Part shown: in pieces, positions 39,715 through 50,233 of the stretch
Position numbering within the stretch: position 1 is the stretch's first letter
How the letters are laid out: every line of letters starts with the position of its first letter
NCBI GenBank assembly: GCA_963707635.1
Contig: OY970173.1
Span: forward strand, 2,681,870 to 2,745,869
From: Candidatus Latescibacterota bacterium
GTDB taxonomy: Bacteria > Krumholzibacteriota > Krumholzibacteriia > WVZY01 > JAKEHA01
DNA length: 64,000 bases
Reading direction: 5' to 3'
The notes under the pieces: generated by a model
What the model saw: only the letters and a program-made list of their open reading frames with translations
Database searches by the model: none
Told to the model about the DNA's origin: nothing
Program-made: the position numbers and the translations under genes

Positions 39715-40488
39715 CTACCGGGACATTCCCGCCGTCAGGCCGCCGATGATGCGGCGCTGAAACACCAGAAACGCCGCCACGACGGGGAGCGCGGAGATCA
39801 CCGCGCCGGCCATGAGATGACCCCAGTCGATGCTGTGGGCGCCCTGCGAGAGCAGCGCCAGACCGACCGGGAGCGTGCGCATCGACGCGCTGTTGGTCAG
39901 TATAAATGGAAACAGGAACGAGTTCCAGTTCGTGAGGCAGGTGTGGATCGCGACCACCGCCAGCACCGGCTTGAGCATCGGAAAGACCACGCGGAACAGG
40001 ATCGTGGCCTCGCCCGCCCCGTCCATGCGCGCCGCTTCTTCGCAGTCGGTCGGCAGCGACGTCAGGTACTGCCGGATCAGGAAGATGTTGAACGGGTCGA
40101 CCAGGAACGGGAGTGTCAGCGCCGCGTACGAATCGATCAGGCCCATGCGCTGCATGAGAATGTACAGCGGCACCAGGATCACCTGCTTGGGCAGCATGAT
40201 GGTGGACAGCACCAGCATGAACACCAGCTTGCCGCCGCGGATCCGGTAGCGCGCGAACGCGTAGGCGGCCATGGTGCAGAAGACGATGTTGCCGACCAGC
40301 ACGACCGCGGCCACCACCACGCTGTTCACGAAATACCGGTCGAACGGCCCCGCCCGCCACACTTCGCCGTAGTAGCGCAGGCTCACGCCGTCGGCCGTTC
40401 GCAGCGACACCGCGATCATCCAGGCGAGGGGATAGGTCATCGCCGCCAGGATCAGGAGCAGCACCGCCCAGCGCGCGATGCGGGTCAC
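39715..40488 (-). CDS. Carbohydrate ABC transporter permease (MalG-like)
   Basis: EAA loop EEAARMDGA, WNSFLFP, TLPVGL. Confidence 0.93.
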   Translation of the reverse strand: MTRIARWAVLLLILAAMTYPLAWMIAVSLRTADGVSLRYYGEVWRAGPFDRYFVNSVVVAAVVLVGNIVFCTMAAYAFARYRIRGGKLVFMLVLSTIMLPKQVILVPLYILMQRMGLIDSYAALTLPFLVDPFNIFLIRQYLTSLPTDCEEAARMDGAGEATILFRVVFPMLKPVLAVVAIHTCLTNWNSFLFPFILTNSASMRTLPVGLALLSQGAHSIDWGHLMAGAVISALPVVAAFLVFQRRIIGGLTAGMSR

Positions 40489-41372
40489 GCCGTCATCCCC
40501 CCACCCGCCGGCGCGCGCAACCGCCGCATCGCCAGCACCGAGAAGACCGCCGAGAGGATGAACACCGCGTAGGCGATCACGCTCGCGTACCCGTAGTCGA
40601 GCCGGCGAAACGCCGCCTCGTAGAGATACAGCACCAGCGTGTTGGTGCTCCCCAGCGGTCCCCCCTGGGTCATGACCAATACTTCGACGAACACCTGGAA
40701 CGAGCGGATGGTGTTGATTACCAGCACGAACCCGATCGCCGGCTTGAGCATCGGGAACGTCACGTGCCGGAACGTGGCCCACGCCCCCGCGCCCTCCAGC
40801 TCCGCCGCTTCGTAAAGCGGCTCCGGGATCGACGTGAACGCCGCGTGGAACACGAGCGCGTAGTAGCCCACCGCCGCCCACACGTCCATCACCATGATCG
40901 CGGGCAGTGCGGTGCGCGGGTCGGTGAGCCACCCGTGACCGGGAATCCCGACGAGCGCCAGCGCCTGGTTCGCGGCACCGCCCGGCGCGTAGACCAGCTT
41001 GAACAGCAGGGCGATGACGACGATCGACAGGATCGACGGCAGGAACATGGCCGCCTTGAACAGGTCCTTCATGGGCACGGGACCGCGCAGGAGCCAGGCG
41101 AGTGCGAGTGAGAGCGCCGTCGTGACCGGCACCGTGCCGAGCACGAACAGGAGCGTGTTGCGCAGCGCCCCGGCGAACGCGGGGTCGTGGAAGAGGCGCG
41201 CGACGTGCGCGAAGCCCACGAAGCGGGTCTGGCCGACGTTCAACGGGTTGTAGTCGAGGAATCCGAGCACGAAGGAGAACACGAACGGAAACACGAAGAA
41301 CGCGGCGTAGAGGACCGCCCACGGGAGCAGGAACCAGACGGCGGGCGCAAGCGCTGGGCGGCTCCGGGTCAC
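40485..41372 (-). CDS. Carbohydrate ABC transporter permease (MalF-like)
   Basis: EAA loop YEAAELEGA, FRHVTFP, TQGGP. Confidence 0.93.
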   Translation of the reverse strand: MTRSRPALAPAVWFLLPWAVLYAAFFVFPFVFSFVLGFLDYNPLNVGQTRFVGFAHVARLFHDPAFAGALRNTLLFVLGTVPVTTALSLALAWLLRGPVPMKDLFKAAMFLPSILSIVVIALLFKLVYAPGGAANQALALVGIPGHGWLTDPRTALPAIMVMDVWAAVGYYALVFHAAFTSIPEPLYEAAELEGAGAWATFRHVTFPMLKPAIGFVLVINTIRSFQVFVEVLVMTQGGPLGSTNTLVLYLYEAAFRRLDYGYASVIAYAVFILSAVFSVLAMRRLRAPAGGGMTA

Positions 41373-41381
41373 GGGGGCATC

Positions 41382-42635
41382 CTAGCGGCGCTCGAAGCGC
41401 GCCGCAATCGTCGCGACTTCCCGGGTCGCGTCGTCGAGGCACCACCGCGGTGCCCGCCGCCCGTAGAGTGCTTCCTCGACCGCGCGGTCGATCACTTCTT
41501 CGATTTCATTCCACCCGGGGTGCGGGGGCGGGGTGCGGCTGTAGAGCGACTGTTCCACGAACACGCGCACGCGCGGGTCGGTGGTGAAGGTGGTGTCGTC
41601 CAGCGCCGCGCGCGCCGCCGGGAACACGCTCTGCTCGGCGAGCGACAACACCTTCGCCTGCGGGTACGCCTGCAGGAAGCGCGCGAGGCGCAGCGCGGCG
41701 TCCGTCTGCGCCGAGCCCCGGAACACGACCAGCATCTCCGCGCCCGCGAAGCTCGCGTGGGTGCCGTGATCCGCGGCGGGCTTCGGCACCAGCGCGACCC
41801 CGTAGTCGAGGTTGGGCGCTTCGAGGGCGTAGTTCTTGAGGTTCCACGCCCCCGAGATCTGCATGCCGAGCCGCCCCGTCTTGAAATACTGGTCCAGCAC
41901 TTCCTGCTTCTCCTGGAGCGAGTACGGCGCAAGCGACAGGTAGAACTCGAGCGCCTCCACCATGCGAGGGCTGTTGAGCACGACGGCCCCGGTCGAATCG
42001 AACACTTCGCCGCCATTGCCCCACCCGAACGCCATGAACTTCTTGAAGAGCACGTAACGCTCGCCGATGTTCTGGCCGAACCCGTAGATCCCGGAGCCGA
42101 GTCCGCTCACGCGCCGCGACGCCTCGAGCAGCTCGGCCCACGTCTGCGGCGGGCGGTCCGGGTCGAGCCCGGCGCGCCGGAACAGCTCGCGGTTCACGAA
42201 CAGGACGCGCGAGCCCTGCACCCACGGCAGCCCGTACACGCGCCCCTGCCACAGCGCGCTCTCCCACATCAGGAAGCTGTCGCGCTCCGCCTCATAGACC
42301 GGGGTCACGTCCTCGAGCACGCCTTCGTAGCTGAAACGCGGCAGCCACGTCGACCCGAGCTCGCAGAGGTCGGGCTGGGTGCCCGACGCCACCGCCGCCT
42401 GGATCTTTTCCAGCCCGCTCTTCCAGGTAAGCTGTTCGACCTCGACCCGGATGCCGGGGTTCTTGCGCTGGAACTCGTCGACCAGCGGCTGGATGGTGGC
42501 GAGGTCCCAGAACTGCCAGAATCGAACCACGCGCTCGCCGCCGCCGGACTTCTTCCCGCACGCGAACCCACACATCCCCACCACCACGAGAACGCTCACG
42601 AGCCAGGGCGCGAGACCGGGGCGCGCGCGCGTCAT
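41382..42635 (-). CDS. Sugar ABC transporter solute-binding lipoprotein
   Basis: Lipobox FAC, F..KNPGIRVEV, PDL, YGLPW, LFVNRELF..AG, PPQTWAEL. Confidence 0.92.
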   Translation of the reverse strand: MTRARPGLAPWLVSVLVVVGMCGFACGKKSGGGERVVRFWQFWDLATIQPLVDEFQRKNPGIRVEVEQLTWKSGLEKIQAAVASGTQPDLCELGSTWLPRFSYEGVLEDVTPVYEAERDSFLMWESALWQGRVYGLPWVQGSRVLFVNRELFRRAGLDPDRPPQTWAELLEASRRVSGLGSGIYGFGQNIGERYVLFKKFMAFGWGNGGEVFDSTGAVVLNSPRMVEALEFYLSLAPYSLQEKQEVLDQYFKTGRLGMQISGAWNLKNYALEAPNLDYGVALVPKPAADHGTHASFAGAEMLVVFRGSAQTDAALRLARFLQAYPQAKVLSLAEQSVFPAARAALDDTTFTTDPRVRVFVEQSLYSRTPPPHPGWNEIEEVIDRAVEEALYGRRAPRWCLDDATREVATIAARFERR

Positions 42636-43549
42636 CCCCGCTCCCCGAGCGCGCGGGCCAAAAACCCGCCCGCACCCTCCAGCATGCGCTCCGCCGCACT
42701 CGCGTCGACGCTCTTTCGCGCCATCACGACCGCGACCTTGACGTTGCGGCCGGAGAGCTCGTACACGCGGGAGGCATCCTCGTAGCCGAGGCCGGTCAGC
42801 ATCATCACGATGCCCTTGCCTCGCTCGACGAGCTTCGCACTGTTGGGGCGCACGTCCACCATCAGGTTCTCGTAGACCTTGCCCAGCTTCACCATGGTGG
42901 CGGTGGAGATCATGTTGAGGACCATCTTCTGCGCCGTCCCCGCCTTGAGCCGCGTCGACCCGGTGATCGCCTCCGGCCCCGGTACCACGGTAATGACGAC
43001 GTCGGCGCCCGGATCCGGGCCCTCGTTGCAGCGCACGAGGACCGTCCGTGCGCCCAGCCGGCGCGCCTCGGCCAGGGCGCCCAGCACGTAGGGCGTGCGG
43101 CGGCTCGCGCTGACCCCGACCAGCACGTCGCGCGCGCTCACACCGCGCGTCGCCACGTCGGCCGCGCCCGACGCTTCGAGGTCCTCGACGCCTTCACGCG
43201 AACGAAACACGGTGTCGGGTCCGCCGGCGACGATGGCCTGCACGAGGTCCGGCTCCACCCCGAACGTCGGCGGGCACTCCGCCGCGTCCAGCACGCCCAG
43301 GCGGCCGCTGGTGCCCGCCCCGGCGTAGAAGAGGCGACCGTCGCCGCGCAATGCGTTCGCGGTCAGGTCCACGGCGCGCGCGATGTCGGCGAGCGCGGGG
43401 CGAACCGCGTCGGCGACGGTACGGTCCTCGTCGTTCATGAGTTCGAGAATGCGCTGCGTGGGCGCGAGGTCGATCTCGCGCGTGCGCGGGTTGCGGCTCT
43501 CGGTGGTGAGGCGCTTCAGTTCTTCGAACAGCTCGCTGGGTTCCGGCAT
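42632..43549 (-). CDS. murQ: N-acetylmuramic acid 6-phosphate etherase
   Basis: TESRNP, GAGTSGRLGVLDAAECPPTFG, GPEAITGSTRLKAGTAQK, GKVYENLMVD. Confidence 0.97.
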   Translation of the reverse strand: MPEPSELFEELKRLTTESRNPRTREIDLAPTQRILELMNDEDRTVADAVRPALADIARAVDLTANALRGDGRLFYAGAGTSGRLGVLDAAECPPTFGVEPDLVQAIVAGGPDTVFRSREGVEDLEASGAADVATRGVSARDVLVGVSASRRTPYVLGALAEARRLGARTVLVRCNEGPDPGADVVITVVPGPEAITGSTRLKAGTAQKMVLNMISTATMVKLGKVYENLMVDVRPNSAKLVERGKGIVMMLTGLGYEDASRVYELSGRNVKVAVVMARKSVDASAAERMLEGAGGFLARALGERG

Positions 43550-43621
43550 GGTGTGTCGCGCGGCAACGCGCGGCCGGAGTCTATCAAAGGGAGGAAAAAA
43601 CGGACAAAGGGAATTCGGCCC

Positions 43622-46600
43622 TTACTGGAGCTTGGAAAGGCTTCCGCGCACGGTGGCGGAGCCGCCGCGCTGGTTCACGCGGATCACGTACAGATAGGTC
43701 CCGTTGGCGATGGCCTCCCCCGCGCCGTCGCGTCCGTCCCAGAACACGGCGTTCTGGCCCGGGAGTCGCGCGCCGGGGGGGATCTCGACGTGACGGACAC
43801 GCTTGCCGCTGACGGTGAAGACGTCGATGGTGCCGTCGAGAATCTCGGCGGTGTTCGAATAGACAAAACTCGTGCCCGCCGAACGGAAGGGGTTCGGATA
43901 GTTGATGACACCCTCCAGCCCCGGGTCGTCGCTGACGACGAGCCGGTAGATGAACTCGAGCGTGCCGGCGTGAATGCGCATGGTATGGGCTCCGGAGGCC
44001 AGTTCCTGGCGGAAGGTCGCCACCCAGGAGAGTGTGTCGGTCGGGCTCGGGTGCATGATATTCACGGGGACTACGGCAATTTCGTCCATATACACGCCGA
44101 TCTCCGCGCCCGGAATGAAGACCGGGAATTTCAGGTCGACGCGGTACTGGCCGTCGGCGGGGACCGAGGCGCCGCTCACGATCGAGCGGCCGTTGACCGC
44201 CACGCTGACGCTGGACTCCACCCGCAGCACGAATTCGGCCGCGATGTGGTACTGACCCGAGAGCGTGTCGGGCGCCTGAAACGCGCGCAGCACGATGTCG
44301 TAGTTCTCCGGCCTGACCTTGTGCGCGAAGCTCACCCGGTACTGGCGCGCGCGCGGCAAGTTGAAGTCGGCTAGCGGTTCGACCACCAGCGCGGCGGTCG
44401 CGTCCACCCCGGCGATCTCGAGCGAGAACTTGCGGATTGCGTTCTCGTCGGTGACCACGGCGACGACCTGGATCGAGTCGCCTTCCCCGCCCGCCTCGAC
44501 CACCTCGCCGGTTTCGAATGGACTCCCGTCGACGGTGACGTCGAAGTTGGGCGGTCCGGCGTCGATGCGCAGCAGCGGATCGCCCAGGATGTGGTAGCGC
44601 TCGACGGGGTCGCGTTGGTTGCTATCGCCCGCCAGCTCCGCCTCCACCAGGAACATCAGTTCGCCGAACTTCCACTCGGCCTGGGTGGAGTCGAGCAACG
44701 CGTCGTACGGCGCCTCATAGAACCACACCCGGGTGGTGCGTTCCATGTAGGTCGCGTTCGGGAAGAGGTACTCGAAACCACTGCTGCCGTAGGTCCCGAC
44801 CGCCCCGCGCTCACGCTGGAGGAGGAACTGCTCCGCAAACGAGTCGCCGTTGGGGCGGTTCTGCGACACGTTGGTCTGGTCGGCCTCGCGGTGCAGCGCG
44901 TAGTCGCTGAAATGGCACCCCATCCCGAAGATGATCCAGGGCTTGCCGCGGTTCTCCACGCGCAGGTGGTCCCGGCCCGGCCCGTCCAGGAGGGCGGCGT
45001 CGAGCGTGGCGAGAACTTCCTCGTGCGCGACCAGCGAACGATTCATGTGCGCCTGGATGGTGACCATCGTCGCCCCCTGGTTGAGCTCGTTGAGCAGGAT
45101 CTCGGTGGCGTTCTGGCGCGTATACTTGATGGCGGCGAAATAGTTCACGCAGCATGTCGCGCAGCCGGTTGGGTGGATTGCGCTCGTGTAGTCGTCGAGA
45201 TAGAATCTCACCACGTCGTACCCGGCGGGCAGCGAGTTCTCAATGATCTGCGCACACGTCTCCTGGCTGTTCTTGAAGCCCACCTCCGCGTTGTCGCACA
45301 GCGGAAACGAACCGAAGGTCGAGCCGCCCGCCGAGTAGGTGTCGTCGGCGACCAGGATCATCCGCTTGCGCCAGAAATCGGACGCGCTGGGCTTTTCGTA
45401 GGCGTAGACCTTGTCGAGCACGATATCCAGCTCGCCGGTGTTCCCCACCGGAATCCGCCCGACGATCATGTCCGGGAACGGGTCGATGGATCCTCCCGGC
45501 CCCGGGAACTTGACGAAGCGCTTGTCGGTGGTCACCACCTCGTCGTCCTGGAGGGACGGCACGGCGTCGACCCTCAGGAACGTGGGGACGAAGTTCGGCT
45601 CGGAATCCGCGTGCACCCGCTTCTGGTCCTCGCTTGCGTCGCCGACCAGCACCAGCGCGGTGGCGCCGCCCTTCTCGAACAAATGGTGGCTGGCACGGTA
45701 CACGGCCTGCGGAGACGGGACGCCGTCGTTGAACTCGTCGAACACGTCCGCGACGTCGACGACCATCACGCGGTAACCCTGCGCCCGGCGATACGACGCC
45801 CACGATCGCATGCGCGATACGTAGTCCGCGTGCGCGACCACCAGCACGTCGAAACCGCTATTGGCGGAGTTGATTATCGAACTGGGAACGTCGGCCTCGA
45901 TATCGGCGGACGCAACCGCGATCATACCGGACACCGGGACCAGCTGGAACTCGCGGCGCGACGGAACCGTCTCCCGAAACGACAGCGCGAAGCCGCCCGC
46001 GACCGGCTGGAAGTGCCCGGGACCCAGCACCACGCGCACCGGCGCGATCGGGTTGGTAATATCGAACAGCTCGAGGTTGTTCGAGTTGGTGATGCCGGTG
46101 ACGGTCAGGCTCGTGTCTCCCGCCAGCGTGGCCGTGTTGAAGCGAAGCGCATCGCCGCGCGCGCGGTACAGGGAGGCGTAGGAGACTCCCACCCAGTTCA
46201 GCAGGACCTGAATACTGGTGCGCGTGTCGCCGACGGGGCGGTCGATGCGAAAGTGGTTGGTGCCGACGTCCAGGCTGGCCGCCGGTACGGCGGCAGAGAA
46301 CGTTGCGCCGGGACTTCAGCGGAACCGCGTAGGCGGGATTGAGAGTCTGCTCGCCCTGCGAGTTGAGCAGCGACACCCGGATGTTCCGCGGGCTCACGTA
46401 GTCGCGCCCGAGCAGCTCGGCGGTGAGCGTCAGGTTCGTCCCCGGCTTGACGGTATTCACCGTGAACGGAAGATCGACCGGCGCGGTGTCGTAACCCCAG
46501 TTGAAATAGTAGACGTCCGGGGTGCCCACCGGGATCTCATCGAAGAACCACAGATCCGTCTCGAAGCGCTGGGTGGCGGTAAACGACGCCGATGCGGTAT

Positions 46601-47720
46601 CCGCGCTCACAAACCCCACGGCGGGCGTTCGCTGGGCCATGACGGCTCCCGCCGCGGGCTCGAGCCAGTACACGTTGTAGGCGGAGTACTGCTCGTACGT
46701 GTCGCCCTGGCTCGGGTCGTCGCGAAGCCGGCGGCCGTAGAAAACCAGCAGGTCGTTGCCGTCGAACGTGCCCGCCACTCCGCCCGCGTCTTCGCGCACG
46801 GTGAACGCCACGTCCTGGGTCGCCGGAATACACGTGGCTTCGTCGTAGCTGCGACGAAAGAGCCGAAGCCCGTTCACGGGCTGCCCGGCCGGGAACCCGG
46901 CGGCGACGAGTGCGTTGGCGGCGACCTTGTGGATCCCGGTCTCGCGCACCTTGAGCTTGACCGCGCCCGGCACTACGCGGCTCGATGCGGGAGCGGCAGC
47001 CTGCTCCATGCCGGGAACCCTCCACGCTCGCGCCTGACGAGCGTTCACAAAGAGACGGCCGAAGATCTCGTCCCATCCCGGAGCTTCCGGCCGCGCCGGC
47101 GCCTCAACCACCGCCTGCGCACGTGGCCTCTCGAGCCGAACCTCGACCTCGATCACCGTCGCGACCGAGACCTCGTAGGTGGCCGGGTTGTAGGTCACCG
47201 GGTTGACGCAGACCGGAACGACGCGCTGATGACGGATGTAGGCCGTTTCCTCCGCCCGCACGACCGCGCTTCCATTCCAGCCCTTGTACACCGGCTCGTC
47301 CCACACCACCTCGTCGCCGAGGACGGGCCCCAGTTCCTCGTCGCGGATCGCGCGGGGTCTCGGGATCGGCTCGAGCCGGTGCATCCCGAGTGCCCGGGAC
47401 CCTACCACCCGCGCGGACACGGAAAACGCGCCCTCGGGCGGGAGCGCCACCAGGAAGCGTCGGGCGGGGATAGCGGGCTCGCCCGGCTCGCCGGTCGCGT
47501 CGAATCCGTCGATTCGGATGCGTTCCGTGCCGGCGAGTGCATTCGACGGCGAGAAACTCGGAACCGGCACCTCCACGCGAAAGACGATGATCGTGTCGTC
47601 CGCGCGGACCAGGGACGCCGGTGCCCGAACCTCCGCGCCCACGGCCACCCCGAGGGAAAGCAGCAGAGCGGCAATGGCGAAGATACTCGCCGCAAACGCT
47701 TTAACGGCTCTTGAGATCAA
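43622..47720 (-). CDS. Secreted C25 (gingipain/PorU-like) cysteine peptidase/transpeptidase with FlgD-Ig/T9SS-type C-terminal domain, ~1365 aa; apparent +1 frameshift at ~46303
   Basis: Signal peptide; propeptide (GEPGEPAIP); VKLKVRETGIHKV..FYG..NVYWL; VFDEFNDG, LVGDA, VGRIP, VADD; His (QAHMN) and Cys (GMGCH); ILGDP; NYPNPF..FTVSGKRVR..WDGRD.G..IANGTYLY. Confidence 0.88.
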
Positions 47721-47783
47721 GATTGGGAACGCTTAAACGGCAGGGGTAGACCTACAAGGGGCATGGAGTAGGGTCGTAGCTAA

Positions 47784-47812
47784 AGTCTAGCGGGGCGAGT
47801 GGCCGGTGTCAA
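47784..47812 (-). promoter_or_regulatory. Sigma70-type promoter of the C25 gene
   Basis: TTGACA, 17 nt spacer, TAGACT on minus strand. Confidence 0.6.
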
Positions 47813-47844
47813 GCAGCGCATCGGAACCGCCCGACGTTGCGCGG

Positions 47845-47882
47845 AAAAAGGAAGGCCCCCGCGAAAACCGCGGGAGCCTTCC
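47845..47882 (-). terminator. Rho-independent terminator
   Basis: GGAAGGCUCCCGCG/CGCGGGGGCCUUCC stem followed by UUUUU on minus strand. Confidence 0.85.
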
Positions 47883-47905
47883 AAGCGCAGCAGCGAATAT
47901 CTGGC

Positions 47906-48448
47906 CTAACGGTACAGCGCCTTGATGGTCCCCCAGGTGGTCTGTTCGGTCGCGACGTTGCACGGACAGGTTCCGTCCACGTTCACGATGGCCTGGCCGC
48001 CGGGAAAGGCGTGAGGGAGGCTACCACAGTCAGCATAAATCCGTTGGGGCGGAAACGCGGTTGGGTCCTCCAGCAAGCGCAGACGGGAACACGGCGCGGT
48101 AGTGCCAAAGTTGTCGAACGTCAACGTCAGGACCAGGAACGTCCCCAGCTTGCACTCCTGGTACGCGATCGAGATTCCCGTATCCGAGTTGCCAATGGAA
48201 AGCATCCCGGCGGGCACCGAGGCCACGATCAACGACATCGTGGACGTCGACGTGTCCACCAGAAATTCCGACCCCGTCGCGCCGTTCGAATTCGTATGTA
48301 CGACATACACCCGCTTGATTCCGGCCACTGTGTCCGTGACCTGGCAGTTCAGGCCGGTCTGGTCCGCGTACAGGCCGAGGTCTTCAATCGCCATCGCCGG
48401 CGTCACGACGATGGCCAGAAGCATGGCTGTTAACACAAACTTCTTCAT
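47906..48448 (-). CDS. Secreted Cys-rich protein (180 aa) with C-terminal TWGTIKALYR tail
   Basis: MKK signal peptide ending AMA; AAGGAG RBS; ends CPCNVATEQTTWGTIKALYR. Confidence 0.85.
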   Translation of the reverse strand: MKKFVLTAMLLAIVVTPAMAIEDLGLYADQTGLNCQVTDTVAGIKRVYVVHTNSNGATGSEFLVDTSTSTMSLIVASVPAGMLSIGNSDTGISIAYQECKLGTFLVLTLTFDNFGTTAPCSRLRLLEDPTAFPPQRIYADCGSLPHAFPGGQAIVNVDGTCPCNVATEQTTWGTIKALYR

Positions 48449-48597
48449 AGTTAGCTCCTTCTCACCACTTCGGTTCCTATGAATCTCCACTCGTGAGCCT
48501 CGTCGTCGCCCGAACCGGCCTACGACCCGGCCCATGCGCCCTCTGGAAACGCGATAGACAGCCCATCGAAATCGTCCCGTTCAATTTCGACGTGCCG

Positions 48598-48626
48598 AAT
48601 ATCCGCCGCTCCCAATGGACTGTCAA
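48598..48626 (-). promoter_or_regulatory. Possible sigma70 promoter of the 47906-48448 gene
   Basis: TTGACA, 17 nt spacer, GATATT. Confidence 0.4.
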
Positions 48627-48831
48627 GGTATTTCCAGCTTTAGGCCCAAGCAACGGACGTGCCGACTCAGGAAATCAGCGTAACTGGCTCTCCCATAAGC
48701 CGAAAACAACACTACCCCTCTCGCTCGAGGCAGGAGATGAATGACTTTTTGCCAAGTCGGATTGTGAAAGCGGGAACGCACCTGCAGGGAGCGATAAAAG
48801 GCGGCTGGCTCCCATAAGGGAGGTGCACAAT

Positions 48832-48867
48832 GAACACGCCCGGGATCCAAGGACCCCGGGCGTGTTC
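48832..48867 (-). terminator. Hairpin downstream of the 48903-49466 gene
   Basis: GAACACGCCCGGG/CCCGGGCGTGTTC inverted repeat; weak U-tract. Confidence 0.55.
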
Positions 48868-48902
48868 TGGTAACGCTTCTTTGCGCTTGTCAGGAACTCA
48901 GA

Positions 48903-49466
48903 CTAGCGATAGAGCGCCTTGACGCCGCCCCACGTGGTGCGTTCGGTCGCGGTCGGATCCGCGCAGCCGGGGCAATTCCCGCCCCAGTAGAACGAACCAC
49001 CGGTCGCCGGATGGGGGAAGCTGTTGCAGTCAGCCGTCTGACGGACCGGCGGAACCGCTCCCGGATTCTCGACGACTTCCATCTTGCCGCAAGGAGTCGG
49101 GGCCAGGCCCAATATCTCGTCATCGGCATAGCGGAGTCTCATGATCTGGAACGACGGCGCTACGATGCACGACCCGTACGACACCGAGATGCCCGCCTCG
49201 GGGGCACCAATGGTCAGGAAGGCCGCCACGACAGTGAAGGACGAATACGGCGCGCCCGACGCGTTGTTGATCCTGAACTCGGAACCCGTGGAGTTGGTGT
49301 TGAACTTCTGGATCACGTACACGAAGTTGCTCCCGCCATCGGGATTCCACGCCGCGGAACGGAAGCAGTTGGTGCCGGCCGCTTCGTTGTACAAACCGAT
49401 GTGGTCTGCCATCGCCACGCCCGCACACAGGGTCAGGCCCAGCGCCATTGTTAGAACCTTTTTCAT
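48903..49466 (-). CDS. Secreted Cys-rich protein (187 aa) with C-terminal TWGGVKALYR tail
   Basis: MKK signal peptide ending AMA; AAGGAG RBS; ends CPGCADPTATERTTWGGVKALYR; paralog of 47906-48448. Confidence 0.85.
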   Translation of the reverse strand: MKKVLTMALGLTLCAGVAMADHIGLYNEAAGTNCFRSAAWNPDGGSNFVYVIQKFNTNSTGSEFRINNASGAPYSSFTVVAAFLTIGAPEAGISVSYGSCIVAPSFQIMRLRYADDEILGLAPTPCGKMEVVENPGAVPPVRQTADCNSFPHPATGGSFYWGGNCPGCADPTATERTTWGGVKALYR

Positions 49467-49588
49467 CAGAGTCTCTCCTTTGAAGTAGAGCAATTAGTTG
49501 GGATACAGAGCCAAGGCTGGATGAACCGCTGTCGCGTGTCGTGGATGAACCCGGAAACCGTGGTTCACCCAGCCCTAGAACATTGTCT

Positions 49589-50155
49589 TTACCGGTACAG
49601 GGCCTTGACTCCCCCCCACGTGGTCGACTCGGTCGACACACCACCCGGGCAGATCAGCGATAGCATCCCGACGACATCGAACGGCAGGCCGCTCGGCCAA
49701 CTCACAGCCTGGGGTACCGGGCTGTAGATATCGTCGTAGCCGACCACACGCAGCGGCTGGGGCCCCTGCAGGCAGTCGCACTCACTGGTCCAATCGACCA
49801 GAACCCGCGTAAGCAGCATCGTTTCATACCCGTTCTGGGGATTCTGCCACGAGCGCGCCATTCCGATCAATGAATTGCCGATGACCGGGTCAAGCGGGCC
49901 GGCGCCGGTAATGTCTCCGACGTACATGAGCGCCGGTGGGAAGAGAATCTTGAAATCGACGGCGCCGACCAAAGCGTTCAAATTCAACGCAGCCACATAC
50001 AGGTTCGAGCTCGAGCCCGGATTCTTGCACGGCGACTGCGTGTCATTGTAGTCGGCGTCGAAATACGCCTGAATGAAAGGCACCTGCGCCAGCGCCCCAC
50101 CGGTATAGACCCCGATGAGTAGCATCGCAAGTACCACTGCTAGAGCTTTTTTCAT
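49589..50155 (-). CDS. Secreted Cys-rich protein (188 aa) with C-terminal TWGGVKALYR tail
   Basis: MKK signal peptide ending ALA; AAGGAG RBS; ends CPGGVSTESTTWGGVKALYR. Confidence 0.85.
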   Translation of the reverse strand: MKKALAVVLAMLLIGVYTGGALAQVPFIQAYFDADYNDTQSPCKNPGSSSNLYVAALNLNALVGAVDFKILFPPALMYVGDITGAGPLDPVIGNSLIGMARSWQNPQNGYETMLLTRVLVDWTSECDCLQGPQPLRVVGYDDIYSPVPQAVSWPSGLPFDVVGMLSLICPGGVSTESTTWGGVKALYR

Positions 50156-50233
50156 AGCGACAAACTCCTTTGCCAAGCCAAATGTCGCGAACGATTTAAG
50201 GAGCCACTCCTGGCCGCTATTACTCCTTACCGA

